Under the pieces are notes generated by a model. It made no database searches. It was given only the letters and a program-made list of their open reading frames with translations, and was not told where the DNA came from. The position numbers and the translations under genes were made by a program. 64,000 bases of DNA from Nitrospirota bacterium (GTDB taxonomy: Bacteria; Nitrospirota; UBA9217): positions 384,001 through 448,000 of the forward strand of contig CAVVUN010000012.1 of the NCBI GenBank assembly GCA_963751455.1, written 5' to 3'. Below are positions 56,401-64,000 of this stretch, in pieces (the first letter of the stretch is position 1; the number at the start of each line of letters is the position of its first letter).

Positions 56401-59214
56401 CTCCCAGCCGCCCGTTGTCCTCGTTCCGGATCCCAGCCTGGTCCATGCTGTCCCATTCGTGGAGCCGTAGAAGATAACGCTTGAGACTTCCGGCAGTGCG
56501 CCGCTTCTCATCCAGCTGATTTTGGAGCCGTCGTAGTTGGCCGGGATGGTTTCAGAAGCCGTCCCGATATTTTTGAAGCCGGCGACATTGTTCCTGAACC
56601 CACCTTTTGCAAAATCGAAATCCCCGCCGATCAAGGTCCTGCCTTCCGGCAAAATCTCGTCACCGGGCAGGACCAGCAGGGAAGAGACGCTGCCGTCGGC
56701 ATAGGGAAGGAAATCCTGATCAAGGATCCAACGAGACTGTGTTTCGTTATATTCGTCCTCATAGTCCTGTTTATTGAGGCGGGCCAACCGATACCTGGCA
56801 ACATTGTCGACGAATTGAAAATAACCTCCAATGGTGATGTCCCCATTAGCCTGAAGCGCAATGGAACGTACAGGGCCGTCAATAATGGGATTGAATCCCG
56901 CGTCCAAACTTCCGCTGCCATTGAATCTGTCATTAGGACCGATAAACCTCAGCAGGTATGAAAAAGTTCCCCGGCCATACCAGTCAGTGACGGCAAATTC
57001 GCCTCCGACAAGGATTTTCCCGTCGGCCTGAACAGCAATGGCATCCACGGGTCCATTCATCAGCCTCGAATAGCTTTCAAAGGCGGAATCGACCCATCCA
57101 TTCGGCAACAGCCGCGCCAGGTAATACCGTTCATAATCTTTCTGGAAAGTTGCTTCATAGACCGAGGTAAAATCACCCCCGATGATTATCTTTCCGTCAT
57201 AAGGGTGGATAGCGATGGTCCTGACCGTTTTGTTCGGCTCTGCGGTGAATTGCGTATCAAGTGATCCGTCCGTATTCAGGCGGGCAAGATGCTTATGCGT
57301 CACCGTTCCACTCCCTTCGAACTCGCCTCCTATCAATATCTTGCCGTCAGCCTGGATGGCGATCGCATGAACAGTGCCGTCCATGCTTGGCGCAAAGCTG
57401 TCGACCGATCCGTCACTATTCAGGCGCGCGACGCGATACCGGCTCACAGTTGACGAGCCTTCCCGCGCTATTGTTGTGAACTGTCCTCCAATTACTATCT
57501 TGCCGTCATCCTGGATCGCAATCGCACGGACAGCGGCGTACTCGCTTGTAGAAGTCGCGCTGCTCTGAACACTGGGAGCAAAGGCGCCGTCGAGCGATCC
57601 GTCGGAATTCAGGCGGGCAAGGCGATTTATCTGCGTGCCGTTTACGGAAGTGAAATCACCGCCCAATAGTATCTTGCCGTCAGCCTGCCTGGCCATCGCA
57701 TAGACCGGGCCGTTCACGTTCGGGGCAAAGGTATTGTCGGGAGTTCTGGGTTCCGGGCTCTCATCAGGGGCAAAATAGGCGGTAATTGAGCGTTTCCCCG
57801 TGCAGGTGGTATCGTCATTGAAGTTAACGGTATAGGTGGCGGCGCTGCCCGCCGTCTTGCCGTCGATCTGCACGAAAGCTACATGATGTCCGGGGCTCGC
57901 TGTGAAGGTCCACGCGCTGCTCAAACCGTACTCGATGGTTCTGGTCGCCTGAGTAATGATGCTCCCCGCTGCGTCAGTAACAATGGTTGCCGTTTCGCCA
58001 GCGATAATGGTTCCCGTTGCGTCAGAATAAATGCTGCCTTCTCCAATCGTTTTTGCGGTAATGATTTGGGGTCTTCCTTGCCTGGCAGGATTCGTACAGT
58101 AATTCTGGTTGAGCCTTATTGCTTCGTCGGTTGCAAAAGTTCCAAAATCGTCAACAGAGAGAATGTTCGGCCAGAGCGGATAAATTAGACTCGAGCTCAG
58201 CACCGAAGAGAGCAGGTTCCCCGACAGGTAACCGTTTACGTGTTGTGCCAATTCCAATATGTCATCTGCCAGGTTAAAATAACAACCTATCTGTTGATTA
58301 GGCTGTTGGGTCAGAGTCCAGGAAAGAAGAAACAGCTTGTCCCCATGATGTGCCTGGTTACTCAGCTTCGTAAACTGATCAGATATCATATCATCGACAA
58401 TATTTTTATTTGCATAGTGGCCATAGACTCGCAAGTCATCATCAGGGCTTCCTAAATGGTCAGTTGTGCCTTCTGATCGTAATATACCGTTCTTTCTATC
58501 ATATGCATAGGAGGTGTCGAAGACCGCGATTGCCTGGCCTTTTTTCAATATGTCTTTAAAGGTCAATACCCGCATGTTCCCTTTTTCGGTCAAGTTTTCA
58601 TTGTCATCGAGTTTTACCAGATGATCACCGAGAATTGACTTCACCATGCCGGACAGGGCTTCTTTTGTTTGTGTCGTAAAAGTCGGCATTATGCCGCTTC
58701 CGTCCCGATCAAAGTAATGTGAGAAATTAAGGATCACCAATTCACCTGGATGGTTATCCAGAAAGACTTTAACATCGCGCAGAACGCCGGCTAAATTTTC
58801 CCCGTTACAACCGAGCGTAACATCTTTAGTTACAAAGGGAGCTAAAAGCAAATACTGAGGAGGGAATACATACCAGGGAAGCGTCATATGATCGTAGTGC
58901 CCCGTTACAAATTCGCCGTCAAACTTGAGCGGCCTCAAGTCAAAAAATCTGGAACCGGCCAATAGTTGATCGTAAACGGATTTATTCTGGGTCTTCGTAT
59001 TACACTCTGATGCGAACGACGCGCAATATTCGGTTACGGACATCGCCGCATCGTGTGATCCCGGTATCACAATCTGTTTGAGCGTTCTGTTCTCAAGAAG
59101 AGACTTCATATTCCGCATCCAGTTGGATTGATCTGCATGGGCCTGTTGCATCATCCCGCCTGAACATATCAGGACAAAAAGCAAGCCGGAAAGTAGTCGT
59201 TGCAGGGTGTTCAT
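44410..59214 (-). CDS. Giant secreted protein (~4,900 aa if repaired): signal peptide, PI-PLC-like domain, three delta-60 repeat blocks, Ig-like repeats, C-terminal dockerin; many apparent frameshifts at 49.8-54.7 kb
   Basis: Fragments 54697-59214, 52378-54618, several short ORFs and 44410-49761 are contiguous in content. Motifs: IPGSHDA / QLLAGSRFFDLRP, repeated A(I/V)QxDGKIxxGGxF..RLNxDGxLD, ITAS.G.NGSISP modules, DxAGN Ig repeats, GDLDADGDVDVAD...DGKIDIGDVV. Confidence 0.82.
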
Positions 59215-59662
59215 TTTTCCTCCAAATTCTTAACTTTGACTTAACGCAGAAACAACGTGCGGTTAAGAACAGTTCGTGGTTGAATCGGAAGCTACGACAG
59301 CACGGTGGTGGGGTGGAGGTGTCGCCGCTTATCGGGGTAAAGATAGTGCGGTCAGTGTGTCAAAAAACGATAAGAGAGTCAAGGTAATTGTCACCTTTTT
59401 ATATTTATTATCCAATAAAAATTTGTCGATATTTTGGGTGAACTCTAGCTGCTGAATCCGATGGTGCGTAAATAGCAGTGTTCTGATTTTTATCGGTTTT
59501 TTTGATTATACTGCCGAGATATGAATACGAGACAGGGCTAAATCTTCTGGGATGGCCGGTCTCAGAAAAATCTGAAATCAGCTGTTCGCGAGGGGGAGAA
59601 CGTCTAAAAATGGGGAGGTAATCGTAAACACTGCAACTACTGCCAGAGTTTCTATTTTTAAT

Positions 59663-60391
59663 TTATTTCATCTTCCTTATCCGCACTTCAATGTCCTTGT
59701 TTCCCTTTAGCAGCGAAACGACGCGGGAAACGTCGGTATCACCGAAATGATACGGATAGAGAATTTTCGGTTTGAATGATTGAGCAGCACCCGCGACCAT
59801 TTCCGGCGTCATGGTGTAGGGCAGGTTCATGGGAAGAAAAGCAACATCGATATGCTGCAGCGCCTTCATCTCCGGCGTGTTTTCCGTATCGCCGGCAATA
59901 TAGATCCGCTTATCCCCGAAGGTCAGCACATAGCCATTGCCTTGCCCTTTCGGATGAAAGGGCTGGCCGTTATCCCGCTTGTGCACAAGATTATACGCGG
60001 GGACAGCCTCTATTCTGATTCCCTTCACCGTCTGAATGTCGCCGTTCTTCATCACACCGCCGCCCGGCAGTTTCTCGGAGCACTTCTCCGTCAGAATAAC
60101 CTTCGTGTCTTTGGTCCTGATCCGGTCAATGGCTGCGGGATCGAGATGGTCCTGATGGTCATGAGTAATCAGAATCAGGTCCGCCTTCGGCAGCTTCGAA
60201 TAATCCGTCAGCTTGCTGTAAGGGTCAATGTAAATGACTTCCTTATTGAACGTGATCATGAGAGATCCGTGCCCGATAAACGTGATAGCGACGTCTCCTG
60301 ACGCCGTTGTTATCACATCTTTTTCGAATTCCTGTGCCATGACGGGAACTGCAAGAAGGGCAAATACTATCGTGGCTAGAGCGAATTTCAT
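59663..60391 (-). CDS. Exported MBL-fold metallo-hydrolase
   Basis: Signal peptide MKFALATIVFALLAVPVMA, GHGS, THDHQDH, AGDT, YPYH. Confidence 0.9.
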   Translation of the reverse strand: MKFALATIVFALLAVPVMAQEFEKDVITTASGDVAITFIGHGSLMITFNKEVIYIDPYSKLTDYSKLPKADLILITHDHQDHLDPAAIDRIRTKDTKVILTEKCSEKLPGGGVMKNGDIQTVKGIRIEAVPAYNLVHKRDNGQPFHPKGQGNGYVLTFGDKRIYIAGDTENTPEMKALQHIDVAFLPMNLPYTMTPEMVAGAAQSFKPKILYPYHFGDTDVSRVVSLLKGNKDIEVRIRKMK

Positions 60392-60682
60392 GGAAAACCT
60401 CCTTAATGAAGGTGTCATTGTCAAAAGTGTTGCCACAGTCCTTTTTTAGGTCCCTGCTGTGAATGAGCAGATTATAGCAAAAAAGGCATGTCCGACATGA
60501 GAACCTTTTGTTGTTAGTGTAGCACCAGGACCGGGAGAACAAACCGACCAGCCAACAGGCATGCTCGGATTTATCTTGGGATTTGATTCTAATCTTTGAT
60601 ATACTTTTACAGTATATAAAGTGAGTTTTTGAATTGTTTTTTTCAGAGGGGCAAATTACACACCAGGGAGGAGTGCATAATA

Positions 60683-61168
60683 ATGAAGAAATTATCAATT
60701 CTTTTCGTATTGCTGCTTACAGCCTCAACAGCATCAGGCGCGCAGGATGGAATCGGTCTCGGCGTCATACTGGGTGAACCTACCGGCTTTACGTTCAAGA
60801 CCTGGACCAGCCGCTCGACCGCAATCGATGCCGCAGCAGCATGGTCATTCTCGGAAAATGAATCCTTCCAACTGCACGCCGACTACCTGATCAATCCCTT
60901 CTCTATGCCGAAGCCGCGGGAGATCACCGGAAGGATATTCTTCTATTACGGTATAGGCGCCAGGCTTAAGCTTCGGGATTCGGACAACGGGCGCGGCAGG
61001 AATGACAATGACGACCTGATCGGCATACGGTTCCCGGTCGGCTTTTCTTACATCCTGGCGGAAGCGCCTGTTGAATTTTTCGTGGAGCTCGTTCCTATTA
61101 TGGATATTGCTCCGGACACTGAAGCGGACTTGGATGCGGCGATTGGGGCGCGATATTACTTTAAGTGA
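60683..61168 (+). CDS. Small outer-membrane beta-barrel protein (DUF3996-like)
   Basis: Signal peptide, GLGVILGEPTG, amphipathic strands, C-terminal GARYYF. Confidence 0.75.
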   Translation: MKKLSILFVLLLTASTASGAQDGIGLGVILGEPTGFTFKTWTSRSTAIDAAAAWSFSENESFQLHADYLINPFSMPKPREITGRIFFYYGIGARLKLRDSDNGRGRNDNDDLIGIRFPVGFSYILAEAPVEFFVELVPIMDIAPDTEADLDAAIGARYYFK

Positions 61169-61211
61169 ATCAGTCGGTCCGGCTGGGAATAACTCACCCT
61201 GGAAACTGCTG

Positions 61212-61330
61212 TTGGACGCAGATGAACGCAGATACATGCGGATAAAACAAATTTTGATGGAAAAACAATTTACCAGTAAATTTTTGATCAGCTTTTATCC
61301 GCGTTTATCCGGTTTTATCTGCGTCCCAAA
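61212..61330. repeat. Palindromic element ttggacgcagatgaacgcaga...atctgcgtcccaaa between convergent genes
   Basis: First 21 bp identical to 17085-17105. The 3' arm nearly matches 17254-17283. Confidence 0.8.
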
Positions 61331-61345
61331 TTGGTCTTTCCAGGT

Positions 61346-61801
61346 TCACAGCTTGAGCAGTAACTCATTGAGCAGCGCGGCCTGTGCCGGATTTATCTTC
61401 TGCTTTGCTTCCGGGATCTTAAACCAGCCTGCCCGGTCGGCTTCGGGAAACTCCTGCATCCTGCCCGATTTAGGCGGCCATTCCAGACTGAACATGTTGC
61501 TCGTGATCGAATCCGCGTCGCAGTCGCCTTCCGCGGCCCACGATACTACGATCTTGCCGCTTTTCTGCGTTACGGGCAGGAGCGAAATAAATGGGCCTTT
61601 AGGCCTGCATCCCGTTTCCTCCTCGAACTCGCGTTTGGCGGCAGCCAGTTCGTCCTCACCCTCGTTGAGCTCACCTTTCGGAATAGACCAAGCACCCGCG
61701 TCTTTCTTTCCGAAGAACGGCCCCCCGGGATGCACCAGAAAAACTTCGAGCGCATTGTTTATTTTTCGATACAACAGTATGCCGGCGCTGGTTTTCGGCA
61801 T
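61346..61801 (-). CDS. NUDIX hydrolase
   Basis: SAGILLYR, VHPGGPF, WSIPKGE...AAKREFEEETG Nudix box, FPEADRAGWF. Confidence 0.9.
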   Translation of the reverse strand: MPKTSAGILLYRKINNALEVFLVHPGGPFFGKKDAGAWSIPKGELNEGEDELAAAKREFEEETGCRPKGPFISLLPVTQKSGKIVVSWAAEGDCDADSITSNMFSLEWPPKSGRMQEFPEADRAGWFKIPEAKQKINPAQAALLNELLLKL

Positions 61802-61824
61802 TCCCACTCCTATTTCTATCGAAG

Positions 61825-63318
61825 TTAAAAAAGAGGCGCCTGTCCTGAAATAGTCAGGTATTTATTCACCAAGCCTGTGTATTCAGTAAACAGGGTCGAG
61901 GAGTATCCTGAATAATGGGTCGTGATTATGCTGCTGATCTTGTCTTTCGTAGCACGAGTGCCGAGCAACTCGGTAAATAGGAAGACCGTTTCCGCGTCGC
62001 GTATGTTGTTTTCCTGAAGCCCGAGGACCTCCCCGACGGTCTTTGTAAGGGTCTTCGTTATTTCCTGGTTGGTAACAGGATCTGTATACGTGGCGGTAAG
62101 CGTGAAATCGCGGGTGGTATCGGACGGCCCTGAGAAGACTTCATAGAAATACTGGCTCGTATTGTAGGAAAAGTTGGTTGGTGAAACGTCAGTCGCCACG
62201 GTTGATGTCTGTTCCGCTGCGCTTGTCGTATGGGTCCACGTTTCGGGAAAATCAAGCTTGAAGCGCACGTGTCGTGCGGCGACGGAAACAAGGGCGATGA
62301 ACCTGTCCTGAAACGCTCTTTGTGCGTCGTAGTTCGTGATGACCGTGAAGTAAGCGCCCTTGCCTGCCTCGGTAAGTTCGTTCAGGAACGCCTCCTGGAA
62401 ATCAGCGCCCATGCCGATGCCTGAAAAATATATCCCTTCCAGCTCATTTGTCCTGGTATTTTGCGAGATGATCGTACTGTTGATCTGGCCGATATTCGCG
62501 AATGCGTCTGTAATCATCACGACCCTGTTGAGTTTTGACTGGTCAAACGTGCTCAATGCGGCCTCATATCCTTTCTGAAGACCATCATCCAGGTTGGTCG
62601 ACGCGATAACTTTCAGGTTATTGACCGCGGGGATGAACGTAGTCGCAATTTGTGAATAAGGCACACTCTTCAGCACAATTGCAGCGCTGTCGGAGAAGGT
62701 TACCAGGTTAATGATGTCGCCCTCTTTCAAGGATGCTCCCAGCTGGTTCAGGCCATATTTGGCCACATCCAGTTTCATTGAAGAAATTTCCGCATCGCTG
62801 CTCGACAACTCACTCATCGATCCCGACACATCTACGACGAGGGTCAGCACTACGTTCTGTCTTTCCTCCAGGGTTATTTCGGGCGATGCCAGGTGCACTC
62901 CCAGATGATACTCGGATTCGCCGGAAGTCTGGGCGGGCCTGCTCAGGAGCCCCATCGAAACATTGAATATGCCGAAGGGCTCGGAGCCCGAGGGATCGAA
63001 GGATTCGTAATTAAAAAACTCCCAGGGCCTGGCAAGCGACGATGAAGGCAAGGTATTGTGGTTCAATTTGTACTTCACAAGTTCTACGGCTGCGGTGCTT
63101 GCTGAATCATCATACGAAAAATAAAAAAACTTGCTCCCGGAATCTACGCTTTCGCCGTTCGTGCTGTTCTGGTTGCGGTCAGATGAGTATCCGCTGCCTG
63201 CGCCCCCTCCGCCGCCGGGGCCAAGCGAATTGCTCTTGTCGCTCCCGCCCGATCCGCATCCGGCAAGAACGGACAGCAGAGCCAGGCAGAAAACCATTAT
63301 CATCACTCTTTTTTTCAT
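61825..63318 (-). CDS. VWA-domain lipoprotein
   Basis: Lipobox LAGC, Gly/Ser linker, MIDAS DVSGSM, STNLDDGL, MITDAFAN. Confidence 0.85.
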   Translation of the reverse strand: MKKRVMIMVFCLALLSVLAGCGSGGSDKSNSLGPGGGGGAGSGYSSDRNQNSTNGESVDSGSKFFYFSYDDSASTAAVELVKYKLNHNTLPSSSLARPWEFFNYESFDPSGSEPFGIFNVSMGLLSRPAQTSGESEYHLGVHLASPEITLEERQNVVLTLVVDVSGSMSELSSSDAEISSMKLDVAKYGLNQLGASLKEGDIINLVTFSDSAAIVLKSVPYSQIATTFIPAVNNLKVIASTNLDDGLQKGYEAALSTFDQSKLNRVVMITDAFANIGQINSTIISQNTRTNELEGIYFSGIGMGADFQEAFLNELTEAGKGAYFTVITNYDAQRAFQDRFIALVSVAARHVRFKLDFPETWTHTTSAAEQTSTVATDVSPTNFSYNTSQYFYEVFSGPSDTTRDFTLTATYTDPVTNQEITKTLTKTVGEVLGLQENNIRDAETVFLFTELLGTRATKDKISSIITTHYSGYSSTLFTEYTGLVNKYLTISGQAPLF

Positions 63319-63408
63319 GATCATCGTGATACCCTCCTTTTCATCCGATGCACCGGCTATTATTTGGTTTTCAAAAGATCATTTCAGACGGCGTGATAAA
63401 TTGTATCA

Positions 63409-63437
63409 AGAGTAGGATAATTATTTTAGAATGTCAA
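63409..63437 (-). promoter_or_regulatory. Putative sigma70 promoter of the VWA lipoprotein gene
   Basis: Minus strand TTGACA-N17-TACTCT. Confidence 0.5.
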
Positions 63438-63488
63438 TCTTTTCGGTGGGGTATTTTCGGGCGATGCTGATTTTGAGCACTGTAATGT

Positions 63489-63520
63489 AAAAAAACCGGC
63501 AGAGATTTCTCCCTGCCGGT
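63489..63520 (-). terminator. Intrinsic terminator of groEL
   Basis: Minus strand accggcag-ggagaaatct-ctgccggt followed by T7. Confidence 0.85.
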
Positions 63521-63563
63521 CTTCGTTCCTCGCGAACTGGATGCTGTTGAAAAAACAGCTTCC

Positions 63564-64000
63564 TTAGTACATTCCGCCCATGCCGCCCATGCCACCCATG
63601 CCGCCGGGCATGCCGCCCGGCATGCCGCCTTCCGACTTCTCTTCCGGCAGGTCGGTGATCATGACTTCCGTCGTGAGCATGAGGCTCGCCACGGACGACG
63701 CATTCAGGAGCGCCGAACGGGTGACCTTTGTGGGGTCGATGATGCCCGCTTGGAGCATGTCGACATATTCTTCCTTCTGCGCGTCAAACCCGTAGTTCTG
63801 TTTGTCCGACTGTTTTACTTTGTCCAGAACGACGGAGGACTCGACACCCGCGTTGTTTACGATCTGCCTGATCGGCTCTTCAAGCGCCTTCTTCACTATC
63901 GATGCGCCGATGCCTTCATCACCCGTCAGTTTGAGCTTGTCGACGCTGGCAACGCAGCGAAGCAGCGCAACGCCGCCGCCGGGCACGATGCCTTCTTCCA
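63564..64000 (-). CDS. groEL: Chaperonin GroEL, 3' end (partial)
   Basis: [26 protein letters not shown]-terminal GGM repeats. Confidence 0.98.
   Translation of the reverse strand, partial: EEGIVPGGGVALLRCVASVDKLKLTGDEGIGASIVKKALEEPIRQIVNNAGVESSVVLDKVKQSDKQNYGFDAQKEEYVDMLQAGIIDPTKVTRSALLNASSVASLMLTTEVMITDLPEEKSEGGMPGGMPGGMGGMGGMGGMY

Noticed and set aside
922-59214. Lap-like c-di-GMP control of the giant surface protein
   Set aside because: No LapD, LapG or type I secretion genes are present, the protein has a Sec signal, and ~10 kb of unrelated genes separate the two loci. Proximity alone is not evidence.
59215-59660. c-di-GMP (GEMM) riboswitch upstream of the giant protein or the cyclase genes
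   Set aside because: Could not find the GNRA tetraloop/receptor and GACGCAAA-type core on either strand by eye. An Infernal/Rfam scan would be decisive.
101-63415. Long antisense or overlapping ORFs (e.g. 13959-15209, 20226-21734, 54658-55962, 61071-61853)
   Set aside because: Shadow frames of GC-rich genes or translations of palindromic repeats, with no recognisable domains.
63570-63630. GC-rich short tandem repeats
   Set aside because: Ordinary GroEL C-terminal GGM tail.

Overview
Bacterial chromosomal window. Gene content (ImcH-like cytochrome, dockerin-tailed giant protein) resembles Geobacter-like Desulfobacterota or Nitrospirota, but this taxonomy is an inference. Many genes are split by single-base indels that look like uncorrected long-read errors. 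Bases 1-34 kb are a dense signalling island: seven paralogous sensor-GGDEF-EAL genes built from a shared set of PAS/GAF/REC modules, three histidine kinases and two stand-alone receivers. The island includes an ErcA-like Fe-alcohol dehydrogenase overlapping an ErcS-headed PAS-GGDEF-EAL gene. It also has an apparent split sensor: an output-less 8-PAS protein next to a sensor-less kinase carrying five 21-aa repeats. Bases 34-44 kb hold metabolic and membrane genes (Zn-ADH, debranching-type glycosidase, EamA, ImcH-like heptaheme cytochrome, intradiol dioxygenase-like, HAD). Bases 44-59 kb hold a ~14.8 kb secreted protein gene (PI-PLC-like head, delta-60 repeats, Ig repeats, C-terminal dockerin) followed by a cohesin-like lipoprotein. 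The window ends with MBL hydrolase, beta-barrel, NUDIX and VWA lipoprotein genes and the 3' end of groEL. Intergenic gaps carry several families of short, sometimes nested, palindromic REP-like elements. No rRNA, tRNA, CRISPR array or transposase was seen.
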